From: Octopus vulgaris
Lineage: Eukaryota
Reading direction: 5' to 3'
NCBI GenBank assembly: GCA_951406725.2
Contig: OX597834.1
Span: 39,680,001 to 39,744,000 of the forward strand
Length of the DNA: 64,000 bases
A model generated the notes under the pieces. That model made no database searches. It saw only the letters and a program-made list of their open reading frames with translations, and was not told where the DNA came from. Shown here piece after piece: positions 39,125 to 53,470 of the stretch. A program made the translations under genes and the position numbers. The first letter of the stretch is position 1, and every line of letters starts with the position of its first letter.

Positions 39125-39387
39125 GTTCACATGTAATGCACGGGACATATTTCCCTGGCGTTCATGCATCGTATCTGATACACTTTCCCAATTTCTTTCA
39201 ACCATCGGAGCAGCCTGGGATTTATGAAAAGAAAGCTTTATATTATTCAGAATGACTGAAACCAAGTCTAATTAAAAGTCTGGAAACAAGCATGGACATT
39301 CAGGACAAATTTTGCCTGTCCTGTGTATCACAGGACATAGTTACCTGGCATCCACGCATAATATTATATATATGATACACATTCATA

Positions 39388-39792
39388 GGCGCAGGAGTGG
39401 CTGTGTGGTAAGTAGCTTGTTGACCAACCACATGGTTCCGGGTTCAGTCCCACTGCGTGGCATCTTGGGCAAGTGCTATAGCCTCGGCCGACCAAAGCCT
39501 TGTGAGTGGATTTGGTAGACGGAAACTGAAAGAAGCCTGTCGTATATATGTATATATATATATGTGTGTGTATATGTTTGTGTGTCTGTGTTTGTCCCCC
39601 TAGCATTGCTTGACAACCGATGCTGGTGTGTTTACGTCCCCGTCACTTAGTGGTTCGGCAAAAGAGACCGATAGAATAAGTACTGGGCTTACAAAGAATA
39701 AGTCCCGGGGTCGATTTGCTCGACTAAAGGCGGTGCTCCAGCATGGCCGCAGTCAAATGACTGCAACAAGTAAAAGAGAGAGAGTAAAAGAG
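39388..39792 (+). mobile_element. SINE family A, full length, 19-bp TSD
   Basis: TATATGATACACATTCATA at 39369-39387 and 39793-39811. Confidence 0.95.
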
Positions 39793-40298
39793 TATATGAT
39801 ACACATTCATAATTGTTTTTCAAACACCAAAGCTACTTTGGACTTGAGAAAGGAAAGCGTTTTATCACTCAGAACATATGGAACCAACGTTAAGGAAAAA
39901 TCAGAAAACGATAATAGATGTTTAGAAGAAACTTGTAAAAATATTTTGGACAGGCAAATGGTTAGGTGGAACCAGTGACAGTAAAAGAGAAGCAGTAGCT
40001 GTAGTAGAGCTAAAGAACCATTGCAGACGCTGCTGCCGCCACCATTACTAGAGGCTTAAAAGTGGTTCACTTTCCAAAATGCTGACTTATTGTTTTCAAT
40101 ACAAAAACAAAATATAAATACCCCATTCAATAAAATAAACATAAATATATATATGTATATAATATATAATGATGTTTAATTATTAAATAAATATGAATAC
40201 GAATTAGTGGCGGGGGTTTTTGTTTGCTTTTCCTAAACTGACAGCATGTTTAACATAAAGAGTATGTGTGTGAGTGTGTGTATGTATATATGTATATG

Positions 40299-40342
<44 letters not shown>

Positions 40343-40423
40343 CCCCCTTTTGTTAAGAGTGTGTATGAAAATTATGAAAACTTACTCATACTTATTGTTT
40401 TGTATGCTGAGAAAATATTGACA

Positions 40424-40461
<38 letters not shown>

Positions 40462-40970
40462 AATGTCTGTCTGTCTGTCTGTCTGTCTGCAGGTGCCCCG
40501 TTTAAAAGTATATGTTTATATACATGTGTGTATGTGTGTGGTGGGGTTTGTTTAATGTCTGTGTGTTTGTTTATGTAAGTGTTTATATGTTTGTCTAATA
40601 GATGCACGTGTCTATTGCCGTGTGTCCAATGCGTGCCTGTCTAAGTGTATGTTTATATACGTGTGTGTGTGTATGTGTGTGTTTTTAGACATATTTATAT
40701 GTTTGTCTACACATGTATGTGTGTCTGCTGTTGTGTGTAATTTTTGTGTGCCTTTGTATGCTTTACCTGTTTACGTGTGTACATGTGAATGTATGTGTAA
40801 CTACCTATCTGTCCATCTATCTATCTATCTATCTATCTATATGTATATATAATATATATACACTATATATCTATCTATCCATCCATCTATCTGTCTATTT
40901 ACCTATGTATGTATGTATGTATGTATGTATCTATCTATCTATCTATCTATCTATCAATCTATCTGATTAC

Positions 40971-41013
<43 letters not shown>

Positions 41014-41589
41014 CCTATCCATCTATTTACCTATCTATCTGTCCGTCCTTCTTTCTGTCCATCCAGCCATCTATCCATGTGTGTGTGTGTGTGAAAGAGT
41101 TTATAGATATACGTCCATGTTAATAAAACAGAAAATATATTGCAAAAACAAAAAACCAAAAACAATCTTCCCTGCTATTGTTTTTGCTTCGAATCTGTTC
41201 TGACGATGGTTTAGGTTTCACACGCAGATACATGCACAAATACACACACAGACACACGCAAATATATGCACACACAGATAACTACATGCTCTTACGCATA
41301 CAAGCACAACATTCATACAAACTCATGCACACACACACACAAAGAGACAAAAGTGTTCTGTGGTGTGTAACATTGTTTTCATCTGATAATCAAGCGTCAC
41401 CAGGAAAGAATTACTGGTGCTTAGAGGGTCATTGTGAATTGAGTATCCTGTATTAAGGTCCATATAAGGGTGTGTAGTGACGTGTGGAAGGGTCTGGGCT
41501 AATTAGGGAGTTAGGAAGTCAGAGAAGTGGGAGTTTTTATATAGTTTATCAACCTATAGACAAATCTCTTTCACAAATTCTTTACTGCC

Positions 41590-41800
41590 TTTACTCTTTT
41601 ACTCTTGTACTTGTTTCAGTCATTTGACTGTGGCCATGCTGGAGCACAGCCTTTAGTCGAGCAAATCAACCCCAGGATTTATTCTTTGTAAGCCGAGTAC
41701 TTATTCTATCGGTCTCTTTTGCCAAACCGCTAAGTTATGGACGTAAACACACCAGCATCAGTTGTCAAGTGATGTTGTGGGGACAAACATAGACACACAA
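41590..41800 (-). mobile_element. SINE family A 3' half
   Basis: Reverse complement of the family A tail. Confidence 0.85.
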
Positions 41801-42089
41801 ACATACACACACATATAAATATATATTCTTCAGGGCTTTTTAACACTATAGGTCTCAAGATGAATACCACAGTTTTGTGACTTTCTATAGTATATCCACA
41901 TTAAGTCAAATACACATAATGCTATTCTGAACCGATACAACTTCTGTTACTAATAAACACACACACACACACACATTGAGGGACATTAGGACACTTATGC
42001 AGCGGAAACATATTTTGGACTGAAATGCAATGTGAATAAGATTGTAATAAACAAGTTTTGAAGATGTCTTTTTTATGATCTTTTGCACA

Positions 42090-42350
42090 TCATCATCATC
42101 ATCATCTTCATCGTTTAGTGTCCTCTTTCCATGTGGACATGGGTGGATGGTCTGACATGGAGCTGGTTAGCAAGGAGCTGTCCACACTCTGGCTGTCTCT
42201 TGAGGCATGGTTTCTACAGCTGGATGCCCTTCCTCACGCCAACCATTTAACAGTGTGCTGGGTGCTTATTACATGCCACAGGCACAGGTGTGTTTATGTA
42301 GCATTAATGCAGCACCAACATGGGTGCTTTTGAAGTGGCACCGGCACCTG
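42090..42350 (-). mobile_element. Family B retroposon 3' end, diverged
   Basis: (ATC)n...GTTTCTACAGCTGGATGCCCTTCCT..CGCCAACCA. Confidence 0.75.
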
Positions 42351-42958
42351 AAAGGACAAGATTCTATGTATGGAAGACAGTGACTTTATTTAGCATGATA
42401 CATCTTATCAAGTTCAGCAAAGCACTACATCTCCCGGGCCCTCGTCATTTCCTCAGTGAGGCTCAGCATCTGAAGATCCTTTCTCACCACTTCGTCCCAC
42501 ATATATATATGTTATTCTATTATCAGTTTAAGCGAGAGATCTGTGGCTAAGCTGGGGCACTGCCACTGAAAATATGTGGCCCGAGTAATGAATGAACCCA
42601 CGACATTCGGATTTCCCAGCTTTTATAAATTGATAATGAGATTGACACACTGCCTTCTGTGTTACTGATATTGTTATTTGATATCAGGGACCCAAGGCCC
42701 CAAACTTCAAAGCATTACACACACAAAAACTCATGCAATTAAAAACCATAAAAAAAAAAAAATATGCAATTTGAAACAAAATCTCAATTGAGGAAATGTG
42801 TATTAAACAAAAATAACTGGGTGGTGCTAGAATCATATTTTGGTCCACACCGTAAATATGCTTAGTTGCAGTTCCTGCGGCAGCATATTTCTTCCATTGA
42901 CTGTGATGCCATAATAGAAATATAATTGTTATCTCCTCTATGATAAGACAACTAGTGT

Positions 42959-43605
42959 AGGCGCATGGCTCAGTGGTTAGAGTGTTGAGATTATGATCGT
43001 GAGGTTGTGAGTTCGAATCCCAGACCAGGCTGCGTGTTGTGATCTTGAGCAAGACAGTCCCACTGTGTGGCACCTTGGGTAAATGTCTTCTACTATAGCT
43101 TCGGGCCAACCAAAGCCTTGTGAGTGGATTTGGTAGACAGAAACTGAAAGAAGCCCATCATATATATGTATATATATGTATGTGTGTGTATATGTTTGTT
43201 TGTCTGTGTTTTCTACTATAGGCACAAGGCCTGGAATTTGGTGGTGGGGCAGTTAATTCGATTAGATCAACCTCAGTATGCAACTGGTACTTAATTTATT
43301 GACCCTAAAATGATGAACAGCAAAGTTGACCTCAGCAGAATTTGAACTCAGAATGTAATGGTAGATGAAATACCTATTTCTTTACTACCCAAAAGGGGCT
43401 AAATACTGAGGGGACAAACAAGGACAGACAAACGGATTAAGTCGATTACATCGACCCCAGTGCGTAACTGGCACTTAATTTATCGATCCCGAAAGGATGA
43501 AAGGCAAAGTTGACCTCAGCGGAATTTGAACTCAGAACGTAACAGTAAACAAAATACCGCTAAGCATTTCGCCCGGCATTCTAACGATTCTGCCAGCTCG
43601 CCACC

Positions 43606-43607
<2 letters not shown>
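42959..43607. mobile_element. Composite: family F head fused to family A body (+, 42959-43210), then two tandem family C copies (-, 43210-43607)
   Basis: GGCGCATGGCTCAGTGGTTAG...GTTCGAATCC...TCTTGAGCAAGAC|AGTCCCACTGTGTGGCACCTTGGG. The C copies carry tail variants 1 and 2. Confidence 0.8.
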
Positions 43608-43648
<41 letters not shown>

Positions 43649-44826
43649 CAATAAAAATATCATGGTGGTGATGGGTGGGGGGGGGAGAGGTATGCACATT
43701 AGTTTTCATTGCAAAAAGATTAAGAGTTCTTTCGGACTATTTGATTTGTATTCAACTGTTCAATATTTAAGTTAGTATTACTATCAAAGTGTCACTCTGG
43801 GGAATAATAAACTAGGATCTAAACACCTACCCAACCCTTCCATTTTCATTATTTTTCTTTTTTAGTTTTTAAAATTTTATGTTTCATTTTTTTTTCCTTC
43901 CATAGACCCACCATCACCACCATTTTTTTTTTCGTTTTTTTTTTCTCTTAATTTTATTTTTTTTCTCTTAATTTTATTTTTTTAATAAATATCCAACTTT
44001 CTCGACGAAACTAATTTTTGTCAAATGTGTATGTTTTGGAAAAACAAGTGAGACAGTAAATTATATAGTTTAACAAGTATTGTCTCAAGAGAGAGAGAGA
44101 GAGAGAGAGAGAAAGAAAGAAAGAAAGAAAGAAGGAATGAGAGGGAGAGAGATGAAATACAACAGACAATGATTGAAATAAGAACCAGAGTGTATTAAAA
44201 AAATATCACAATAAAAAAAAAATCCCTGAAGAATTTTAAAGTTTTTTTAGTGAAATTTCAAATGAATAAATAAAAAAAAAAATAAACAAAAATTCTAATA
44301 ATGAAGAACAGTACACAATAAATAATGTATTTTGACAAGATAATTAAGACTGGACAATTTAATGAATGTTTAAAGTGTTGTTGTAATATTGAACTTGTTC
44401 ACAACACTGCATTGTTACAACGTTAACAACAACAAAGTTAAGATTAATCTGGCAACAACAACAACAACAACAACAGTAAATATGAAAACAATAATAAATC
44501 GTACGCATACAGAATGCACACAAACACACACGTGTTAGCACAAGTTTTTTTTTTACATATACGCAGGCACATACACACACACGCATGCATGCACACACTC
44601 ACACAAAGGTTTTAAAGGTTATTGTATGACGAATAAAATAGAAATGTCCACATAATGTGTGATGTATGTATTTATATATATATGTATGCATGTATGTGTC
44701 TAATGTATATATGTATATATACATTCACACATATATACATACAAATATATATATGTGCGCATACGTACATATATATATAGAGAGAGACACATATATATAT
44801 ATATGTATGTGTGTGTGTATACGTTC

Positions 44827-44859
<33 letters not shown>

Positions 44860-45424
44860 TATATATAAATATATATATATATTTATATATATATATACAC
44901 ACACAAACGCACATATATATCAAATAATAAACAAATTTGGTGTAGGGAATGACAAAAGAATATACAGAGAAAACAGGAAAAGAAACACACATACATACAC
45001 ACACACAATGAACAGAGAGAGAAAGAGAGAGAGAGAGTATAGAGAAGAACACTAACATGAAATAGAAGAATAAATATAAAGATACAGAAGCATAGAATAC
45101 AAGAATCTATAAAAGAACAGAGATTCAAGAACAGAAGAATACATAAAAGTTCCAGAAGAGAAACCAGAAACAGTGGAAGCAGCTGCCAATATTCTTTAAC
45201 GTTATTGTTCTGTCTGAGAGGAGAAGAATCTGTGAATAGGCAGGAATGGTTAGAGTATTGGATGTTTGGTGTCTTGTACTACATTGAGCAGCGGTCCCTA
45301 GACCTTTTTGCACCACAGGCCAGTTCCATGCAAAAGGATTTTTTTCTAAGAACTAAGAACTGGGGGAATCACTCGAATAACACAACAAAGGGCATAATAT
45401 GGAATTTAATAATTACTGCTTTAA

Positions 45425-46084
45425 CCCTTTTGTTACCATATTTCTGTTGAGATCATCATCATCATTGTTCGACCGTGGTCGAGACAATGGAATTTACCAT
45501 GCTACGCCAGACTTCACGGTCCATCATGGCATTACGGAGGTCCTGTTGCTGGATGCCTGTATCCCTGGAGATTACATCAGGGTAGGAGAGTGTGCGCCCT
45601 CTGGTATCGCGAGTAGATGGCTTCCAGAGGAGAAGAGTAGAAATTACTTCTTTTTCAGCTCTACAACAATGTCCAGCAAACCGGGCTCTTCTACCTTTCA
45701 CAAGAGATGACAGTTTCCCATATATTTGCATTTTGGTTGGATGGTGCTTCCATGAGAGATTTTGAGTTCTCATAAGGAGGCGAGTGTAGGTTCCATCCAA
45801 CTGCCTCTCAAGCTTCTTTGATAACATCCAGGTTTCTGAGCCATATAGTAGAATTGGTTCGACTGTGGCTTTGAAGATTTCAAGTTGAGATGCTCTGTGT
45901 TTCTTTCAGTTAATTTTCAATATAACAAAGAATTTAGTAAAATAACTTAGTTATCATTCAGCTAGTGTTAGGAACATAAATTGTGACTAAGGTTTGGTGG
46001 AAAATTTTAATTCAAAACTTATGAAAACAAGACATTTATACTACAGAGCAAGAGCCATTTTCAGCTGGGTTGGTAACGAAAGGG
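45425..46084. mobile_element. piggyBac-type MITE (TTAA TSD) interrupted by an RTE fragment; right half duplicated at 46115-46285
   Basis: TTAA|CCCTTTTGTTACCA ... TGGTAACGAAAGGG|TTAA (45421-45424, 46085-46088); a second right end finishes GGG|TTAA at 46285/46289. Confidence 0.88.
45454..45883 (-). mobile_element. 5'-truncated RTE-clade LINE (ORF2 C-terminus), 8-bp TSD
   Basis: Reads LEIFKATVEPILLYGSETWMLSKKLERQLDGTYTRLL...RRARFAGHCCRA...LLLWKP...AMMDREVWRSMV..., with the LLYGSETW, F/WAGH and DR..WR motifs of RTE ORF2. (GAT)n tail; GTTGAGAT at 45446-45453 and 45884-45891. Confidence 0.93.
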
Positions 46085-47041
46085 TTAACATTAGGTAAAT
46101 TGTGACATGAATTCATTTTCAATATAACAAAGAATTTAGTAAAATAACTTAGTTATCATTAAGCTAGTGTTAGGAACATAATTTGTGACTAAGGTTTGGT
46201 GGAAGATTTTAATTCAAAACTTATGAAAACAAGACATTTGTACTTAGAGCCAGAGCCAGTTTCAGCTGGGTTGGTAACGAAAGGGTTAATACATAGCTAT
46301 TATATTAATCTTTTATATGTTTCAGTCAATAGATTGTGGCCATGCTTGGGCACCAGCTTGAAGAGTATTGCTCTGATGATGCCTTATAATGTTTGGGGTC
46401 CTGGACTGTTTGATGTTTTGGGGTACTCATGGATAGGTATGACATGGTGTGCAGGCATGGCTGTGTGGTCAAGAAGCTTGCTTTGCAAACCACATGGTTT
46501 CGGTTTCAATCCCACTGCGTGGCACTTGGGGTAAGTGTTGGATTGACTGGAAGACTTCTTGTTGGAACCGACGGAGCACCAGTGTGTGTGTGTGTGGGGG
46601 GGAATACATATGGAGGGTATGAAGATGAAAATGTAGTCCTTTTTCTTGAAAATAATAATTACTTGGAAACTTAGTTGTTTTTAATATGAAAGGAAATGAA
46701 AGAGGGAGAGAGAGAGAGAGAGTATGAGTGTGTGTGCTGGTGTGTGCGTATGTGTCCGTGTGTGTGTGTGTGTGTGTGTGAGATAGTGTATTGGTGCGTA
46801 TGTACTGTTTGTATCAGTGCGTTGGCGTGTTTGTGAGTGTGTGAGCGTGGGTTGCATGCCTTAGCTGTGGAAACTCACGAAGCACAAGATAATGGTGTTT
46901 CCTAGAACTGAAGACTTCTCCAACCAAGACCACCACCACCACCACCACCACTATCTAACCTACAACAACAACAACCACAAGCATACAGACAGGATGTTTT
47001 TAACAACATTTCATTTCCACAGCAGAACCACACACCCAAAT

Positions 47042-47074
<33 letters not shown>

Positions 47075-47235
47075 TATAAGTAATGCTCTCGTATGTTATA
47101 CAAGTGAATGTGTCCTTAAAGAGAGGAAATAGGTTCTAATCCTGGAATGACTAATGATTGTCAGGTTACACATCAGTGACTTCATTGACCTTATTCAGCT
47201 GTTCTTACCTACCACGCTCCAGCACACTTGTTCCT

Positions 47236-47281
<46 letters not shown>

Positions 47282-47334
47282 ATAGAGTGTTTGAAGTGAT
47301 GAACAGATATTGTATATATGTAGATACGGACATA

Positions 47335-47372
<38 letters not shown>

Positions 47373-47652
47373 CTTTTGTCTTTTACTTGTTTCAGTCATG
47401 AGACTGTGGCCATACTGGAGCACTGCCTTGGAGAGTTTTTGGCCAGACAAAAAAAAAAATCAACCTCAGTATTTTTTGTTTTTAAAGCTTGCTGTGATAC
47501 AGGGGACTTAAACAAACCAGCACCGGTTGTCAAATGGTGTGTGTATGGGGAATGAACACACACACACACATACATATATACAACAGGGCACATATCTATG
47601 TGGATGTTTGTGAATATGTATGTATACACACACGTATGCATGTGGATGTGTG

Positions 47653-47693
<41 letters not shown>

Positions 47694-47924
47694 AGATAGA
47701 TAGATAGGGAGAGAGAGAGGCGAAAGAGACGGAGTTTACTGTTCTGTTAAAGTAAAATAAACCAAAAATGTACTCTATTCAGTGAGAGATAATTAGCATT
47801 TAAAGTACACAATATAAAGCCCTACCTAGACACATGCCTTCAAAGCAAAAGACTATGAGTAGCTCATGTCTTTATACTGTGTACCATTAAATTCTATATA
47901 CATACATACATTCATATATATATC

Positions 47925-48385
47925 ATCCTCATCATCATCATTTAGTGTCCGTTTTCCATGCTAGCATGGGTTGGACGGTTCAACTGGGGTCTGGGAAGCC
48001 AGAAGGCTGCACCAGGCCCAGTCTGATCCGGCAGTGTTTCTACGGCTAGATGCCCTTCCTAATGCCAACCACACACATATAGATTCATATATATATATAT
48101 CATCATCATCATTGTTCAATATCCGTTGTCTTCCATGCATGCTTAGGTAGGGCAGTTGATAGGGACAGGCCAAGTAAAAGACTACCCCAGGCTACTGTGC
48201 CTGTTATGGCAGGGTCTTTACAGTTGGATGCCCTTCCTAACATCAAACACTCTGTAGAGTGCTTTTTACGTGGCACTAGCACAGGCAAGGTTAGTTTTGG
48301 CATGATTTTTACAGCTGGATGCCCTTCCAAATGCCAACCACTTCACAATGTGGACTGGATGCTTTTTATGTGGCACCAGTACTGT
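47925..48385 (-). mobile_element. Two adjacent family B 3' ends
   Basis: Two (ATC)n-led copies, each containing GATGCCCTTCC.AA. Confidence 0.8.
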
Positions 48386-49171
48386 ATCTTGCTTTCTGTC
48401 TGTCTTTCTCTCTCTCTTTTTCTTTCTCTTCTTCTCTCTCTGCTTATCTTTCTTTCTCTCTCCTTTCTCTTTATTACCCAATTACTCTCCCCTCTCTTTC
48501 TCTTTCTCTCTCTCTCCCCATTTTTCTCTTTTCTTTTCTGTCTCTGTTTTTCTTTCTTTCTCTCTCCCCTTTCTCTCTCTTTCGTCCTGTCTCTCAGTTT
48601 CTCTCTCTTCCTTCCTCTCACTCTCTCTCTTTCTTTCTATCTCTCTGTTTTTCTTTCTCTCTCCCTTCTCTTTCTCCCCTAATTACTCTCCCTCTCCCTG
48701 ACCAAGCACCATTCAGACTCTCGTTTTGCTGGATCAACAATAAAAGATGTGAACAATGCCATGGGTTCCAATTGCGACAAGATCCCAAGCTGGTTCTCAT
48801 TGCCATCTAGCAGACATTCCACTTCAATCTTCACCCCCTCCTGGGACTAGAACATGTAAGGAGTGCAGGGTGAGGTGGATATCAAACCAATTGTTTTTGT
48901 GTTACTTGTGTATATATGGTGAACACATGACACAATACATGTATGTAGACAACATGTATACACCACATGTAGATACATAAAGATACAGTTACCCTTTCAC
49001 ACTCAATTATATTCACACACAAACACACATGCACAAACAATGTATTTACGGATAATTACTCATCCATCTACACACACACATATATATATTATAACACACA
49101 CATGTATACCCACAATTACACTTCCATATGTCTCTCTCTCTACATATATATATATATACACATATATATAT

Positions 49172-49902
<731 letters not shown>

Positions 49903-49932
49903 TATATATATATATATATGTATATATATTTA

Positions 49933-49973
<41 letters not shown>

Positions 49974-50021
49974 TCGGATATGGTCATATAATATATATCT
50001 TGCACAACAAATATTTAAACG

Positions 50022-50052
<31 letters not shown>

Positions 50053-50055
50053 TGC

Positions 50056-50165
<110 letters not shown>

Positions 50166-51319
50166 ACACAATTACCCATCTATCCATATATTTACACACA
50201 CATTATAAACACATACAATTATCCATTCAAACTAACTTATGCTCACATATGCATACATGTACACACACACACACACACAACAAACAGGGAACCGTACACG
50301 TCTCTCCAGGGCCAACTTAACTATAAAAATCATATAACTTGTTATATAAGTAGAGAGAGTGAGAGAGAGAGAAAGAGAGATAGAACGAGAGAGTGAGAGA
50401 GAGAGAAAGAGAGATAGAACGAGAGAGAGGGAGGGAGAGAGAGAATGGTTATTGTATTCCAGCAGAACGATAGAAGAAATCAAAGACATCTGTTATGTAT
50501 TTTGGTAAAGAGACATTCTCTGAGGAAATGTAATGAGACTTCCATAAATACTGACCATGTGTTGCTACCGACAGCTGGAACTAGAATCATTCTACTTACG
50601 ATATTTACCGACTAAACTATTTTTATTCCACTTCTTTTCCTGCCAGACCATATCCCCACCCATTTACTCCACCCTGAACCCCACCTCTCCCTAAACGTCT
50701 AACGTCAGCCCCCTTTTATATAATGGAATCCCGGAAAACAAGTTGTTGAATTTGATCTGTCCCTTAACGTTTTATTTAGCATTCTGTTTCCATTAAAGAA
50801 AAACCTTCAAGTGCCTTATGAAATAGGAAAATCTCCCTATCCCCTCTAAATCAACTCCCTATTCCCGTTAAATCAGTTCCCTGATCTACTGCTTAAATTA
50901 GCTACATCTCCCCATTAAACTTGATCCCTATCCACATTAGATATTAACCCCGTTTTTTGATGTAAAGTTTCAGTCTCCCTTTACCTATTCTTTTATCAAA
51001 ACAGAAAAAAAAAACAAACAAAACCCCCCAGAAAACCCCCCAAAAGACCCTAAGTATTTCAAATATGATTTAAGGTCTCACCCTAAGCTGAATATTATTT
51101 ACAATAATTATGTACAAGTATGGCTGTTGGGTAAGAAGCTTACTTTGCAACCATGTGGTTCTGGGATCAATCACACTGCACATCACCTAGAGCAAGGGTT
51201 CATTTTGTTTGTTTATTTTCTTTTCTTTTCTTTTAAGACCAAGCGGTGGAATCAAAACTCAAACAAAGGAAAACAAAGACTCAAAGACATATGTACACAC
51301 AGATATATACATACATACA

Positions 51320-51480
51320 TAAGCACCCACTACACTCTTGGAGTGGTTGGCGTTAGGAAGGGCATCCAGCTGTAGAAACTCTGCCAGATCAGATTGGAGT
51401 TTGGTTCGCCAGACCTCAGTCAAATAGTCCAACTCATGCTAGCATGGAAAGCGGACATTAAATGATGATGATGATGATGA
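51320..51480 (+). mobile_element. Family B retroposon 3' end
   Basis: AAGCACCCACTACACTC...GGCGTTAGGAAGGGCATCCAGCTGTAGAAAC...(GAT)n. Confidence 0.85.
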
Positions 51481-51834
51481 TATGTATATATATGTATGTA
51501 TGTATGTGCACAATGTAATGATGCAGGCCTGATGAAGTACCACCCTAATGTCTAAAATCACAAATATTACATAAATTTTCACTTCGAACTCTTGCATAAA
51601 TTAGCATTCAAAGCAGAGTTAATATAGAAATAATTGTAATTGATCATTAAAGATGTGTTAATTACTTTCTTTGTCTTCTTAATTGTCTTAAGTATATTTA
51701 TGTAAATATGCGTGTATGTGGGTTTCGGTAGAAAGCTTTTTAAACAACATTAAAGAATCGTAATTGTGGCACTTAGTAATTTATAAATAATAAAATAAAA
51801 TTTATAAATGATAAACTTTAGTAATAATAATAAT

Positions 51835-52262
51835 CCTTCCTATTAAAGGGGTGAAGGACTAATCGATTACATCGACCCCAGTGTTTCAATGGTACTTAAT
51901 TTATTGATCTCAAAAGGATGAAAGTCAAAGCTGACCTCGGCAGAATTTGAACTCTGAACGTAGTCACAAAAGAAATACCACTAAGCATTTCATCCAGCGT
52001 GCTAACAATTCTGCCAGCTTGCTGCCTTAAATGATAATAATAATAATAATCCTTTCTACTATAGGCACAAGGCCTGAAATTTGGCAAAGAAGGTGGTTAA
52101 TTACATTAATCCCAGTATTCAACTGGTACTTAATTTATCGACCCCGAAAAAGATGAAGGGCCAATCAGCCATGTCAGAATTTGAACTCAGAATGTAGTGA
52201 TGGGCAAAATACTGCTATGCATTTTGCCGGTGTGCTAACGATTCTGCTAGCTCACCACCTTA
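51835..52262 (-). mobile_element. Two tandem SINE family C copies separated by (AAT)n
   Basis: Both contain GGTACTTAATTTAT.GA.C...AGAATTTGAACTC...GCTAAC.ATTCTGC.AGCT. Confidence 0.85.
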
Positions 52263-52419
52263 GATGATGATGATAATAATAATAATAATAATAATATGCA
52301 TAATTGTGAAATTATCAATTATTTGATTGCATGTAACAATAAATTGCAAAAAGTATTTTAAATATTTTAACCAAACATAGCAATATATAATATTATACAC
52401 ACGTACATATATGTATGTA

Positions 52420-52469
<50 letters not shown>

Positions 52470-52643
52470 TGTGTGTGTGTGTGTGTGTGTAAAGTTCAGA
52501 TTATCAAACAGGAGTGTTTAGTTGATGACAAAAAAGTTTGTCATTTTCAGTTGGAGTTTCAAAATATTTTATCCAGAGATGGATGACCTTAAAAGCATTG
52601 ACATTTTTTTCATATTTAAACCACTTCAGCATCACACACACAT

Positions 52644-52679
<36 letters not shown>

Positions 52680-53434
52680 TTATACACATGGTGTTTCCAC
52701 TAAATGATATTTTTGCTGGGGTTTGTTTTTTCTAATCCAAGGAAGTGTAGTCTGATGTGAAGGAGTCAAAACTGTATAAAACGGTGTCTCACCTAAAGAA
52801 TTTGACCACTTGGAAAACCTGAAACAACAAAGTCCATTGTCTGTTTGCCCAATATTTGGGATGTCTTCTTGCCATTTTCTTTGTCTCTAACAAACACTTT
52901 TGCTCCCACTTCGATGATCTGGCTATAACTAATAACTTAGTAACTATTATCGACACCGTATTTTTGACTGTGTATCTTGAAGTTCTTCAGAGTTTTGGCA
53001 GTTTGAATTTACAGAGATACATATCTAAACCATATATATATATACCTATATCTAAATTACATAATATACATACATATATATCTATATCTATATATAATGC
53101 AATTTTTAATCAATTTTAATTTCAAAGTAGCCTCCCTTGATTTTCTTGACAGGAAATTATCATCAGCGCTAGGATCTATATTTTTTCTTCATTACAATTG
53201 AAATTTCAACTGATTAAAATAGATTTCTCTTAGGCTTGATAACCAAGTACATATATATGGTATGTCGAGAAAGGGTCTTTTGAAAATAGCATCTAACAGT
53301 AGAGGGCAGGGGTGAAAAATGAAATCATCTTACTTTCTGATGTGAATCGATACTGACCAACACATGGTTCTATTTTTTCTCTTATTTTTTTTTTCTAATT
53401 TTTTTTTTTTATATCTGTTTCAGAATTAGGTCTT

Positions 53435-53470
53435 ACTTACCTGAAAAATAAAACAAAAGAGAAAAATTAA
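53435..53470 (-). promoter_or_regulatory. Candidate recursive splice site (3'ss immediately followed by a 5'ss)
   Basis: Minus strand ATTAATTTTTCTCTTTTGTTTTATTTTTCAG|GTAAGT, with no other AG for about 85 nt upstream. Confidence 0.5.

Noticed and set aside
45289-45335. hAT/Charlie-like terminus CAGCGGTCCCTAGACCTTTTTG (and a right-end-like GGGCCACATGCGGCCC...GGTTGAAAACC near 29333-29372)
   Set aside because: Single, degraded ends with no partner TIR or 8-bp TSD visible.
53435-53443. ACTTACCTG matches the 5' end of U1 snRNA
   Set aside because: No U1 body follows. It is simply the reverse complement of a perfect 5' splice site.
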